Below, piece by piece: positions 30,655-40,746 of a stretch of 64,000 nt of DNA. Made by a program: the position numbers and the translations under genes. The DNA is from a bacterium (GTDB taxonomy: Bacteria; RBG-13-61-14; DATKZS01). Within the stretch, counting starts at the first letter, position 1. Every line of letters begins with the position of its first letter. Under the pieces are notes generated by a model. That model searched no databases. It was not told where the DNA came from and saw only the letters and a program-made list of their open reading frames with translations. The stretch lies in NCBI GenBank assembly GCA_963674965.2, contig CAXXFL010000003.1, forward strand, positions 32,001 to 96,000, written 5' to 3'.

Positions 30655-31812
30655 TTACTTGAACTCGATCACGGTCGAGTAAATTACCGTTCCCGTCAAC
30701 TGGCCGGACATCCACACCCTGTCCTTGCCGCCGATGGGGGAGGAATAATTGTACATGAGATACTTGCCCTCACCCATCTCGACCAGCCCGGGGAAGGCCG
30801 TGTCGCCGCGCGACGGGAAATCCAGGACCGGCTCCATCTCGAGTTTTTCCTTGTCCAGCTTGTAAAGGGCGGTCCTCTTTTTCGTCCACCAGTACCGGGC
30901 CATGTAGTACAGGTTCTCCACCGGGTTCCACATCCACCTTTGCTCTTTGTCGTAGGTCCCGTCGATGTTGCGCCTGGCGATGAGGTAGACCTCGTCGTCA
31001 TGGGTGAACATGATGGGGGAGTCGTACTTGTAGGGAGTTATGTTGCATTCCCAATCCGAGTAGTCGGAGGGCTCGGCCTTGCAGACCTTGCCGCCCCAGG
31101 TTTTGCCGTCTCCGCCCTCGTTGCGTATGGCCAGGTAGATGGTTTTGGCCGAGTCCATGGCGAAGGCCGTCTCCGAGCCGCCGGTCATCGACACGGGACG
31201 GTCGGGATTGACGGGCGTGAACTCGTAGCCGTCCTCAGTGGTGAGAAAGTATATGCCGATTCCCGCGCCGCCGCCGGTGTACATTTCATCGCCGCCGCAA
31301 TAGGCCGAGGCGAAAACCTCGCCGCCAAGCTCCTTGGCGCGCCAGAGGACGCAGCCGGGCTTGAAGACCTCCACCGGCTCGGTCCAGTCGCCCGGGCCTT
31401 TTCGCTCCATGGCGAAAACGCGCTTGGGCGAGAAGGCCAGGGCGTTTTTGCCCGCCTGGAAAAAATAGAACATCAGCTTCTCGCCCTTTAGGACCAGGAA
31501 GCGGGGCTCTCGCATGTCCGATCCCAGATAGACCTCGGCCTCGTAGTCCCAGGACTCGCCCTCATCCGCGCTGGACACGACGTAAAGCCGGGTCTTGGTA
31601 CCCGCGAAATGGTTCGGGGCCGTGCGGAAGCCGAAGAAAAGCCGGCCGTCGAAACGGACTATATCCAGGTTGTTGTTCGAGTCCATGCACTGGACCTCGG
31701 GCGGCAGGGCCGGGCCGGGCGCGACCTGGACCAGAGGCGAATAGCTTACGTTCGCTCCCATAAGCGCGGAGGCGAAAAACATAGCGAGTAAAATAGTCAA
31801 ACCGCGTTTCAT
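30655..31812 (-). CDS. Secreted beta-propeller (sialidase/BNR-like) protein
   Basis: Signal peptide; SSADEGESW Asp-box, DMREPRF, PSRGDTAFPG. Confidence 0.65.
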   Translation of the reverse strand: MKRGLTILLAMFFASALMGANVSYSPLVQVAPGPALPPEVQCMDSNNNLDIVRFDGRLFFGFRTAPNHFAGTKTRLYVVSSADEGESWDYEAEVYLGSDMREPRFLVLKGEKLMFYFFQAGKNALAFSPKRVFAMERKGPGDWTEPVEVFKPGCVLWRAKELGGEVFASAYCGGDEMYTGGGAGIGIYFLTTEDGYEFTPVNPDRPVSMTGGSETAFAMDSAKTIYLAIRNEGGDGKTWGGKVCKAEPSDYSDWECNITPYKYDSPIMFTHDDEVYLIARRNIDGTYDKEQRWMWNPVENLYYMARYWWTKKRTALYKLDKEKLEMEPVLDFPSRGDTAFPGLVEMGEGKYLMYNYSSPIGGKDRVWMSGQLTGTVIYSTVIEFK

Positions 31813-31906
31813 GCGTGACTCCTTTAAGTGGAATGTACCGACGAAATGATATCACAGGTTTCCGCAATTTTTGAAGAGGTCGTCCGGGGGGCCGGCGCGG
31901 GTAAAA

Positions 31907-33406
31907 TTATTGGCCGGGGCTTGATGGGAACGCCCTTCTCCAAATCCTGGTCAGGACCTCGAGGGCGTAGCGGGGCCGTCTGAAAAGAAGGTCGATGAAG
32001 AAGCGCCTTATAAAAGTCCCGGGGTTCCTGATCATGGACCTCAGGGCGTAGGACAGGAAGGCCCGGGATGCAATCTTCTCCAGCTCTCCGGGCTTGAAGA
32101 CCTCGTCGTTATAGGCCGACCTCGTATAGGTAAGGTTTTCGAAGTCGAAGTCGGGCCTTAGCATGTTCCTTTCCGAGGCGACGGCGTAAAGCTCGGTCCC
32201 CGGCAGGGGATTGGCGACGAAGAAATAGGCCATGTCCGTCTTGACCCGGTTGGCGAAGTTTATCGTCTCCTGAATTTGTTCCCTCGTCTCGCCGGGAAAA
32301 CCCAGGATATAAAAAGCGTCCGTCCTTATCTTCCGGCCCTTGACGTACTCCGCAATCCGGGCCGCCTTCTCCAGGTTGTTGGGCTTCTTCACGATCCGGG
32401 ACAAGACCTCCTGGCATCCGCTCTCGAAGGCCAGGGTCATCTCGTAGCAGCCGGCCTCGACCATAAGGTCAACCATCTCCTCGTCCAGGGTCCAGAGGGC
32501 CACGCCGTTGGGGAAGTTGAACTTGATCTTGTAGCCCCGCTCCACGATCCCCCTGAAGATGGCCTTGGCCCGCTCCCGGTTGGCCGTCACGTTGTCGTCC
32601 TCGAACTGGATTTCCTCGACGCCCCACCGCCCGATCAGCTCTCCAATTTCATTAAGCACGTTTTCCGGCGACCTGAAGCGGTATCTATTGCCCCAGAACC
32701 TGGTGGACGAGCAATAAACGCAATGGGCCGGGCATCCTCGCGAGGTAATCATGGCGGCGAGGTCCTTGGATGAAGAGGTCAGGCTATGGGGCACTCCCTT
32801 TTTTTGGTAAAGGTCCATGCGCATGAGGTCTCTCGCGGGGAAGGGAATCTCGTCCAGATTCTCTATCCACCTGGTTTTGGGGTTTATCACGACCCTGCCT
32901 TTTTCCTTGAAGGCCAGGCCGTCAACGCCCTTCAAGCTTTTCTCCTCACGAAGGGCCCGGACCACCTCGACGAAAGTTTCCTCTCCCTCGCCCAGGCAGA
33001 CGGCGTCAAGGCCCGGGTCGGAAAGGCAGCGCTCGGCCATGAAGTTGGGATAGGTCCCGCCCACGATGGTGAAAATATCCGGGTCGATGGACTTGATCTC
33101 GCGGCAAACCTCCCGGATCACGGGAAAGACCGAGCTGAAAAGACAGGTCATGCCCACGATGCTTGGCTGGTAGCTCTCGATGGTTTCCCTGATTTCCGAA
33201 AGGGGGGAGCCGTACCAGGTGAAGCCTCCCGGCAGCTCGCGCTCGTGGTCGCTTTCGACCACGGCGTCCATGATCCGAACGTCTATCTCCTCGCGCGCGC
33301 ACGCGGCCACGTATCCGATCCCTAGGGGAACGGACGCCTCCTTCATGGTCTCCCGGCAGAGTCTCACCGGGGGAAAGAGTAACAGGGACCTGGAAAAATC
33401 CTTCAA
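31907..33406 (-). CDS. Cobalamin-binding radical SAM protein
   Basis: PLGIGYVAA, IVGG, GEGEET, TSRGCPAHCVYC, FEDDN, ESG, GFPGET. Confidence 0.92.
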   Translation of the reverse strand: MKDFSRSLLLFPPVRLCRETMKEASVPLGIGYVAACAREEIDVRIMDAVVESDHERELPGGFTWYGSPLSEIRETIESYQPSIVGMTCLFSSVFPVIREVCREIKSIDPDIFTIVGGTYPNFMAERCLSDPGLDAVCLGEGEETFVEVVRALREEKSLKGVDGLAFKEKGRVVINPKTRWIENLDEIPFPARDLMRMDLYQKKGVPHSLTSSSKDLAAMITSRGCPAHCVYCSSTRFWGNRYRFRSPENVLNEIGELIGRWGVEEIQFEDDNVTANRERAKAIFRGIVERGYKIKFNFPNGVALWTLDEEMVDLMVEAGCYEMTLAFESGCQEVLSRIVKKPNNLEKAARIAEYVKGRKIRTDAFYILGFPGETREQIQETINFANRVKTDMAYFFVANPLPGTELYAVASERNMLRPDFDFENLTYTRSAYNDEVFKPGELEKIASRAFLSYALRSMIRNPGTFIRRFFIDLLFRRPRYALEVLTRIWRRAFPSSPGQ

Positions 33407-33517
33407 GCGAACTCCCTTGCGTCGCGATTACGAGTCTTCAATATAGCCCAGTTGCGCGGCGCGAAAAAATAAGCGGCCCGGTACCATGGCCGGGCCGCGG
33501 GAATTAAAAAGCGAGAT

Positions 33518-35377
33518 TCAGGCTTTGATCACCTTGAGTCCGGAGATTTTATCGGCGGGGTCCTCGGCAATAATTAGTGAGGGCAACAGCCCCAAGCCCA
33601 GCGGCGCGGTCCGGGCCAAAAAGAGGGCGGTACGAATAAGGGCCCCGGTGGGTCCCGGTCTTTGTCCCTCCATCCCCACCATGCGCAGGCCGAAGATCAT
33701 CATGCCGGGGGTCCCGCCCGAGACGGTCCCGAACACTCCCCCGTAGATCATGGCGAAGAAGAAGGTCATCACCGCCACGGGCGCGGCCGCGGCCCAGGCT
33801 GAGGCCCCCGGGTCCTTGGTCCCGACCAGGGCCCATCCCACGCCCAGAAGCATGAGTCCCAGGGCCGTCCATACGGCCAGGTCGAAGGCCCCGGCGCCGG
33901 CCCTTCTCAGGAGAAGCTCGCGGCGCGGTTTCGAGTCCGAGGGTTTCCTGGCCCTGAGGGTCCGAACGCCTCTGGGGTCCTGGCCGCCGGACTTCTCGTC
34001 AATGGTCACGCCGCTCAGGGAGTCGTCGAAGGGAAGAGGAATGACCTCGGGTTTCTCCCGGCCGGGCTTTGGGTTCCTCTCGATCTCGATCAGGGACCTT
34101 TCGTCCGCCGGCTCCATCTCGACCGATTCCTTGCTCGCCATGGCGCCCGGCTCGGGCTTGAAAAAGTCGTCGAGCCTTTCGGATGGGGCCGGCATTTGAT
34201 TCTCGACTTCATCCTGGCCGCCGAAAATCTCATCCGCCCTCGTGGCCATGGACTCAAAGGCGTCGCCCGAGATGGACAGCTGGGACGCGGACCGGGCGGC
34301 GGCCTCCCCGAGAAGCGCGTTTTGAAATGCCTCGTTAAGCTCGGCCGTGTCGGACCCGGGGTTTCCCGGTATCTCGGGCTCGGCCATGAAGTCCTCGAGG
34401 GGGGCGGACGGCTCGGGCGCGGTCGTCGAGGCCTCCACCCCCATGGCCAGTTCCTCGTTGTTCTTAAGGGCCTTTTCCACCTCCTCTATCTTGAGGGCGA
34501 TCGAGGAGGGGCTGTCCACTCCGGTGGTGGAAGAGTCGGCCGCGCTCGAGAGCAGAAGCTCGTCGGCCTCGGCGTAGATGTCCGGCCCGAGGGACAGGGA
34601 GTCGGATTTCGCCTCCGGCGGGAATTCCGAAAGCTCGGAGGCGCTCGCCTCGCCGACGTCAGCGAGCGAGGTCTCGCCGGCCTCGACAAGGGAGTCGGTG
34701 AGAGAGGCCGAGCCTGAGGACTCGGAGCGCGCGAGGTCCTTTGCGCCGGCCGCCGACGTTTTCAGTCTTTTGATGGTTTCGCTGATGTCCTCGGCGGCCT
34801 TGCGGAGGTCGGCGTCGGGGTCCCTTGCCCCGAGTGGAGGCTCGGGAGGGGGGGGCGGCTGGACGAGCTCATCCTTCGCGGGCATGTACTTATTCGGCGC
34901 GGCGGCCCTTATCGGCCCGTGCTCGGGGTTAAAGGAACTCTCGCCGATGACGGCGCCCATTTCCTCGATGGTCATCTCGGAGGGAAGGGGCAAAAGCTCG
35001 GCCGAGTCCTCGTCTTCCCCGCCGGCGAGGATGGGGTCGAGCAGGTCGGACACGTCGTCCATTGATTCATCCTCGAGGTCGGCCTCGGTAAGGGACGACT
35101 CGCCGAGGGCCTGGAGGTCGAGGTCGCTCGCCATGGAAAAGTCGGAGCATTCCTCGGCGACCACGGTCTCGAGGGAAGACTCTTCCCCTCGGGCGGCCGG
35201 CTCGGCGGATTCCTTTTCAACGTTCACAGATAAGGAACCATCGAGTTGGGACGGGCTTTCCAGGCTTTGATCGGTGGTGGTGACGGGCTGGTCGCCGGCC
35301 GCCTCGATGGGCATCTGGCACCTGGCGCAGCGGGGTTGTTTTTGTGAATGGTTGAATCCGCAGTACGGGCATTCCAT
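33518..35377 (-). CDS. RDD-family membrane protein with N-terminal zinc ribbon and long acidic disordered linker
   Basis: CPYCG..CARC; E/S/A/P-rich middle; LLRRAGAGAFD, GGTPGMMIFGLRMV, DKISG. Confidence 0.8.
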   Translation of the reverse strand: MECPYCGFNHSQKQPRCARCQMPIEAAGDQPVTTTDQSLESPSQLDGSLSVNVEKESAEPAARGEESSLETVVAEECSDFSMASDLDLQALGESSLTEADLEDESMDDVSDLLDPILAGGEDEDSAELLPLPSEMTIEEMGAVIGESSFNPEHGPIRAAAPNKYMPAKDELVQPPPPPEPPLGARDPDADLRKAAEDISETIKRLKTSAAGAKDLARSESSGSASLTDSLVEAGETSLADVGEASASELSEFPPEAKSDSLSLGPDIYAEADELLLSSAADSSTTGVDSPSSIALKIEEVEKALKNNEELAMGVEASTTAPEPSAPLEDFMAEPEIPGNPGSDTAELNEAFQNALLGEAAARSASQLSISGDAFESMATRADEIFGGQDEVENQMPAPSERLDDFFKPEPGAMASKESVEMEPADERSLIEIERNPKPGREKPEVIPLPFDDSLSGVTIDEKSGGQDPRGVRTLRARKPSDSKPRRELLLRRAGAGAFDLAVWTALGLMLLGVGWALVGTKDPGASAWAAAAPVAVMTFFFAMIYGGVFGTVSGGTPGMMIFGLRMVGMEGQRPGPTGALIRTALFLARTAPLGLGLLPSLIIAEDPADKISGLKVIKA

Positions 35378-35492
35378 GATCGCTTCCTCCTTGTCAACGA
35401 GAGCTTTATTCGCGTGAGCTCGATCGATAATCACGTCGCGGGGATTTGACTCCCCTTGCCCGGACGTTTTTATACCAATTTAGATCATTATA

Positions 35493-36206
35493 TCACAGTT
35501 TCTTTTTTCGCGCGAGCCTTAAATACATTTTCGCCCTTCTGTTTTCGGGGACCATCTCGAGCACCTCTTTCCATTCCTTTTCGGCCTCCTCCTCCTTGCC
35601 GGTGGAATAAAGGAACATGCCCAGGTTGATCCTGGCCCCGACGTAGTCCGGCCGTTTTTCCTTTACTTCATTCAGCTCGGCGATGGCCTCGTTTTGCTTG
35701 CCCGCGTCGAAGAGGGCCTTGGCCATCCTCTCCCTAACGTCCGGGAAGTCGGGCCGCAGGTCGAGGGCCCTCTGGTACTCGTCGATGGCCGGACCGTAAA
35801 GGGCCATGCCGGCGTAAATGTCCGCTATGTCGGCGTGCATGTTGGCCAGTTTTCCCCTGGCGAAGGGGTCGGGTATGCGCTGGTCGCCCTCCCCGGGCTC
35901 GGCGTTCCTGAGCCTTTCTTGCAATTCCTCGGCCTTGTTGTAGTCGCCCATGTCGGCGTAGGTCACGGCCAGGTTCAAAATGGCCGAGGCGTATCGGGGA
36001 TTGATGGCGACCGCCTTCTCGAAGGTGGCGGCGGCCTTCATCATCTCGCCCTGGTGGTAGTACATCTGGCCCATCATGTTCCAGACGTCGGCGAACCCGT
36101 CCACTTCCCGGACGAACTCGAGAAAGCGATTTAAGGACTCCTCATAGTCCTTTCTCTCGAAGGCCTCCTTGCCGGCCTGATAAAGCCACCGCACCGATTC
36201 GTCCAT
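35493..36206 (-). CDS. Tetratricopeptide repeat protein
   Basis: FEKAVAINPRY, YQRALDLRPDF, WKEVLEMVPEN. Confidence 0.85.
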   Translation of the reverse strand: MDESVRWLYQAGKEAFERKDYEESLNRFLEFVREVDGFADVWNMMGQMYYHQGEMMKAAATFEKAVAINPRYASAILNLAVTYADMGDYNKAEELQERLRNAEPGEGDQRIPDPFARGKLANMHADIADIYAGMALYGPAIDEYQRALDLRPDFPDVRERMAKALFDAGKQNEAIAELNEVKEKRPDYVGARINLGMFLYSTGKEEEAEKEWKEVLEMVPENRRAKMYLRLARKKKL

Positions 36207-36264
36207 TTTCTGGCCTCCCCTTTCCGGGCCCCGGCCGGCGAAAAAAGAAGATCGCCGGCTTCCC

Positions 36265-37065
36265 CTAAAGCCCCTTGGTGAATTTCCAGCCGTTCTCCGT
36301 CTTTTCCAGCTCGAATTTTTCCTCGCTGGATATGGTCTGCGGAGACCCCACCTTGTCGGCGTTCATGGTAAACTTCTGTTTGACGGTGGCCGCCTGGCCC
36401 ATGAAGAAAATCCGGCGGTCATAGCTTTTGAACTCGATATTGTCGTAATAGCGGAAAAGTTGAAGTACTTTTTCACGTATCTCCTCGGGTCCTTCCCCCT
36501 CGTGGGAGTAATCGTCGGAAATGAGGGCCATGTAGGCGATGACGTCCTTGTTCACGAGGGCGGCCTCGCGCCTTAAAAGGGTCTGCTCGATAAGCCGCTC
36601 CTCTTCCGCCCTGACGCCGAGTATCTCGAGTATCTCCGAGCCGCTTTCGCAGGACCAACCGTCGCCGCTTCTTTTCAGGTATATGTGCTGTACACCCTCG
36701 AAGCGGCGGGAAGACCCGGAGACGTTGACCTCGATCGAGTACTTCTCGCTGACCAGGGCCTTCTCGCCCTTGATCTGGATATCGCGCTCCCCGAAGGCGG
36801 CCTTGACCGGGTTTGCCTTGGTAAGAATCCTGGTCACGCTGGCCCGGGCCGCGTCGAGGGTGGTGTACTCACAGCGATAATCGGGGGCGAAAAAGGACAT
36901 GTACCCCGCGGGATCGGACGAGGTGAGGGCCTCGGCCCTGGCGTCCAGTATTCTGGCTATTCGTCTTTTCTCGAGCTCGTCGCAGGCGGCGAGGCTGAAA
37001 AGGACGGCCGCTATGGCCAGGACGGCCCCCAAAGCGGCGAGGGGTTTTCTCTTGGGCGCTTGCAT
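36265..37065 (-). CDS. Lipoprotein with two NTF2/SnoaL-like domains
   Basis: LAAC lipobox; duplicated R..AL...D...YM..(F/I)..DY ... L.K...GW units. Confidence 0.7.
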   Translation of the reverse strand: MQAPKRKPLAALGAVLAIAAVLFSLAACDELEKRRIARILDARAEALTSSDPAGYMSFFAPDYRCEYTTLDAARASVTRILTKANPVKAAFGERDIQIKGEKALVSEKYSIEVNVSGSSRRFEGVQHIYLKRSGDGWSCESGSEILEILGVRAEEERLIEQTLLRREAALVNKDVIAYMALISDDYSHEGEGPEEIREKVLQLFRYYDNIEFKSYDRRIFFMGQAATVKQKFTMNADKVGSPQTISSEEKFELEKTENGWKFTKGL

Positions 37066-37080
37066 TTTTTCGTGTCCCGC

Positions 37081-38100
37081 TTATTGTTCCGGCGTGGCCG
37101 GTTCCTCCGGGGGGGAGGCGGTTTTGTTTTTCGACTTGGCGGCGTAGTCTCCGCCTGGAAAAGTCTGGATGATCTTCTCGTAAAGGGGGATGGCCCTCTC
37201 CCTTTTTCCCAGCTCGTCGTAGCAGGAGGCCTCCATGAACATGGCCTCCTCGTCGAAGCCCAGGCCCGGGTAGTCCCGCCACACGCCCCTGTACCTGGCC
37301 GCGGCCGCCCAGTAGTCCCTGTTTCTATAGTAGAACTTTCCCACTATCATCTCGTGTTTGGCCAGCCGGGTCCTGCTTTCATCCAGGGGGCCTTTGGCCT
37401 TGTTCGCGTAGGGGCTATTGGGGAACCTGGCCAGAAGGTCGGAGAAGGCCTCGGCCGCCAGCCTCGTTTCCTCCTGGTCACGATAAGGCTTGAGCATCCT
37501 CTCGTAATGGCAAACGCCGTTTTTATAGATGGCGTAAGGGACTTCCTCCCTGCGGGGATGAAGCTTGATAAACATGTCGTAAAGGACCGCGGCCTCCTCG
37601 AGGTTGTCCAACTCGAACTGGCAGTCGGCCATCCGCAGCTCGGCCTTGGGGGCGAACCTGGAGAAGGGGTATTTATCCACCACGGTCTGGAAAAGCTCGA
37701 GGGCCCTGGTATAGTCCTTTCTCCGGACCCACCAGAAGTTTTTGTAAGCCCAGCCGTTGGGACCGTAGATTTTGCGGATGGACTTGCCGTACCAGGTTTC
37801 CTTGCCCGAGTAATGGCTCTCGGCCAGGGCGAACAGTATCTCGACGGGGGGCGGTTCCTTTTCCTTCTTCTTGAACATCCCCTTGAAGCGTTCCCAGGAC
37901 GTCTCGCCGTAATCTTCGCCGCCTCGCGATTCATCGGGACCCATCGAGGGAATGGCCGAGTAAGGGTCGTCCCGGGAAGGGCGCGAGGGCGCGCCTTTAT
38001 CGTTCTTCGCCGCGCAGGAACATAAAAGTACCAGGGCCGCGGCCATTAGAAGAGCCGGGCCTCGGTAACGAACGAGGCCGGACCGGTTTGGTTTTACCAT
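37081..38100 (-). CDS. bamD: Outer membrane protein assembly factor BamD
   Basis: Lipobox, YPFSRFA, RDQEETR.A...F..LL.RFPNSPYA, LAKHEM.VGKFYY, AAAARY; ATGA overlap with dksA. Confidence 0.85.
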   Translation of the reverse strand: MVKPNRSGLVRYRGPALLMAAALVLLCSCAAKNDKGAPSRPSRDDPYSAIPSMGPDESRGGEDYGETSWERFKGMFKKKEKEPPPVEILFALAESHYSGKETWYGKSIRKIYGPNGWAYKNFWWVRRKDYTRALELFQTVVDKYPFSRFAPKAELRMADCQFELDNLEEAAVLYDMFIKLHPRREEVPYAIYKNGVCHYERMLKPYRDQEETRLAAEAFSDLLARFPNSPYANKAKGPLDESRTRLAKHEMIVGKFYYRNRDYWAAAARYRGVWRDYPGLGFDEEAMFMEASCYDELGKRERAIPLYEKIIQTFPGGDYAAKSKNKTASPPEEPATPEQ

Positions 38101-38462
38101 CAGTCTCCCCGCAGTTTCTCTTTCTTTTCCCTGGATATTTTGCAGTCGATGCAAAGGGTGGTAACGGGACGGGCCTCGAGGCGCTTAAGCCCGATCGGCT
38201 CGCCGCAGTCCTCGCATATGCCGAATTCCCCGTCCTCGATTCTCTCCAGGGCGTCCTTAACTTTCAGGATAAGCTTTCTTTCCCTGTCCCTTACCCTGAT
38301 GCCAAAGTTGCGGTCGGATTCGGCGCTCGCCCGGTCGGTAGGATCAGGATAATAGTCGTCGGCGGCGTTGAGGTGCTCCGCCGGGCCTTCCACCTTTTCC
38401 TCCAACTCCTCGAGCTGCTTTAAAAGCAACTTTTTGAAACGATCGAGTTCTCGCTTGTTCAT
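38100..38462 (-). CDS. dksA: RNA polymerase-binding protein DksA
   Basis: PDPTDRASAE, RDRERKLI, GICEDCGEPI..RLEARPVTTLCIDCK. Confidence 0.93.
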   Translation of the reverse strand: MNKRELDRFKKLLLKQLEELEEKVEGPAEHLNAADDYYPDPTDRASAESDRNFGIRVRDRERKLILKVKDALERIEDGEFGICEDCGEPIGLKRLEARPVTTLCIDCKISREKKEKLRGD

Positions 38463-38620
38463 ACTCAGCCTCCATTCAGGCGGTGGACGCGTTTTCTAAA
38501 TCCCCGTATTATAACACACGACGCTGAAAGCGAAAACAAGCCTTCAAGCGAGGCGCGCGTCCGTTAAATATAATCATTGTTTGCCGCGCCGCCAAGGCCG
38601 GGTACGGCCCGCGGGCGTTT

Positions 38621-40327
38621 TTACATCCTCTCCAGGACCGGCACGCCCAGAAGGCGCATCCCGTTGGCGAGCGCCACTCCCGCGGCGCTTACCAGTCCGA
38701 TCCTTGCCCCTTCTTTTTCTTTGCCCGCTCCTATAACCCTGTGTCTGGTATAAAACAGGTTAAAGGCCTTGGTCAGGTCGAAAAGATAAGTGGTCACGTG
38801 GCTGGGTTCGTTATCCCGCGCGGCCTTTTCCACGGCCGCGGGGAAATCGGCCAGCGCCCTGACCAGGGCCCTGGTTTCCGGTTCACACAGTTGGGAATAA
38901 TCCGGGGAGGAGGGATGCTCGACGCCGGCTTTTCTCAGGATTCCCTTTACGCGGGCGAGGGAATACTGAAGATATGGTCCCGTCTCGCCGTCGAACCGGA
39001 GGGCCTGTTCCCAGTCGAAGCTTACGTCCCGCTCGCGCCGATGCTTTAAGTCGTTGATAATAATGGCCCCTATCCCGACGGACTCGGCCAGGGCCATCTT
39101 CTCGACGCCCTGCTCGAGTTTGCCGGCGGCCAGGTTTTCCTCGATCTTCTCGAGGGCCTTGGCCGCGGCCTCGTCAAGAACGTCCTCCAGCAAAACCACC
39201 TCCCCCTTACGCGTGCTCATGCCGTGCACGTGGCCGAACTTGACGTGTACTATCTTGTCGGCCAGGTCCAGCTTCATCAGTTTCAGGGACTGGACGAACT
39301 GGCGGAAATGCAGTTCCTGGGGCGTTCCCACCACGTAAAGGAGAAGGGAGGGAGAATAAGTCTCCTCCCGGTAAAGGGCCGCCGCTATCTCGCGCGTGGC
39401 GTAAAGGGTGGCCCCGTCCGACTTCTTCAAGATAAAAGGAGGCATGCCGTAATCATCGAGGTCGATCATCTCGGCCCCGTCCTCGGACCGGGACAGGATG
39501 CCCGCCTTTTCGACCCTTTGAAAGGCGCCCTCCATTTTGTCGTTATAAAAGCTCTCGCCCGTGTAATAGTCGAAGCCAACTCCGAGTCTTTCATATATTT
39601 TCTCGAATTTACGAAGACTTAAATCACGGAACATACTCCACAGGTCAAGGGCTTTAGCGTCTTTTTCCTCGAGCCGGACGAACCAGCTTTTAGCCAGTTC
39701 CCTGGCCTGGGGATCGAGTTCGCATTTTTTATTGTAGTCCACGTACAGTTTCAGGCTGTAAGAAATGGGAGACTTCTCCAGTGCCTCCTTGCTGCCGTCC
39801 TCCTCGAAGGCGGCCATGACCATGCCGAACTGGGTGCCCCAATCGCCCAGGTGGTTGATTCCTATGGGCTTATACCCGAGGGCGCCGTATATCTTGTACA
39901 GGGAGGCCCCGATGACGGTAGACCTTAGATGCCCAATATGGAAGGGCTTGGCGATATTGGGGGAGGAAAAATCCACGATCACCGTCTTTCCCGCCCCGAA
40001 GTCCGAGTGGCCGAAGCGTTCTCCTTCTTGGCGTATCGCCTCGAGCACCAGCCTGGCCATGGCCGCGTCGTCCAGCCGGAAGTTAAGATAGGGCCCGGCG
40101 GCCTCGGCCGAGGAAAAGGGAGTTCCCCCCAGATCGACCTTTTCCTTGAGATCGGCCGCTATTTTTTTGGGGTCTTTTCTGAAAGCCTTGGCCAGGGGAA
40201 AACAGCCGACCGCGTAGTCTCCCATCTCGGGCTTGGGCGGGGCCGAGACGAGGGAGGCGAAGGTCTCGGGGGCCAGCCCCGAGGCCTCGGACAAAAGTCG
40301 CTTGATCATTTTCTCGAAACTTTCCAT
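38621..40327 (-). CDS. argS: Arginine--tRNA ligase
   Basis: DFSSPNIAKPFHIGHLRST, NHLGDWGTQFG, MSTRKG, GETGPYLQY, LERM end. Confidence 0.97.
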   Translation of the reverse strand: MESFEKMIKRLLSEASGLAPETFASLVSAPPKPEMGDYAVGCFPLAKAFRKDPKKIAADLKEKVDLGGTPFSSAEAAGPYLNFRLDDAAMARLVLEAIRQEGERFGHSDFGAGKTVIVDFSSPNIAKPFHIGHLRSTVIGASLYKIYGALGYKPIGINHLGDWGTQFGMVMAAFEEDGSKEALEKSPISYSLKLYVDYNKKCELDPQARELAKSWFVRLEEKDAKALDLWSMFRDLSLRKFEKIYERLGVGFDYYTGESFYNDKMEGAFQRVEKAGILSRSEDGAEMIDLDDYGMPPFILKKSDGATLYATREIAAALYREETYSPSLLLYVVGTPQELHFRQFVQSLKLMKLDLADKIVHVKFGHVHGMSTRKGEVVLLEDVLDEAAAKALEKIEENLAAGKLEQGVEKMALAESVGIGAIIINDLKHRRERDVSFDWEQALRFDGETGPYLQYSLARVKGILRKAGVEHPSSPDYSQLCEPETRALVRALADFPAAVEKAARDNEPSHVTTYLFDLTKAFNLFYTRHRVIGAGKEKEGARIGLVSAAGVALANGMRLLGVPVLERM

Positions 40328-40746
40328 GTCGCCCTGGTCCCCCTCCTTGAATGAGACAAGCGATTATGCTAACAGAAGCTCCGGCCTCGGGCAAGGTTTG
40401 GGTGAGGGCGTGTCCTAAAACGCTCAAGCGAGAGGAGCCGCGAGATTTCGACTGATTATAAAATTCATGTCCAAATCCATTTGATCCGGTAATTCCATCC
40501 TCCGCGAGACGACTGCATACATTGGAAAAGCTTGTGACCTGATATTGAGCCCATTAGGCGGACATCCATAGTAAACTGGAAGCCTCGAATAGAGTGAGGG
40601 CAAAAATAAGTCCGCAAGGCTGGACATTTGCTTTTCATTGTTATATATCTAATGAGCAAGGCGGCATGGAACGTCCGGGACGCCATATGGCGCGGGCCTT
40701 TTTCCCTGACCAGCGCGCGTTGTGAACGCTAATATTTCGTGAGTGA

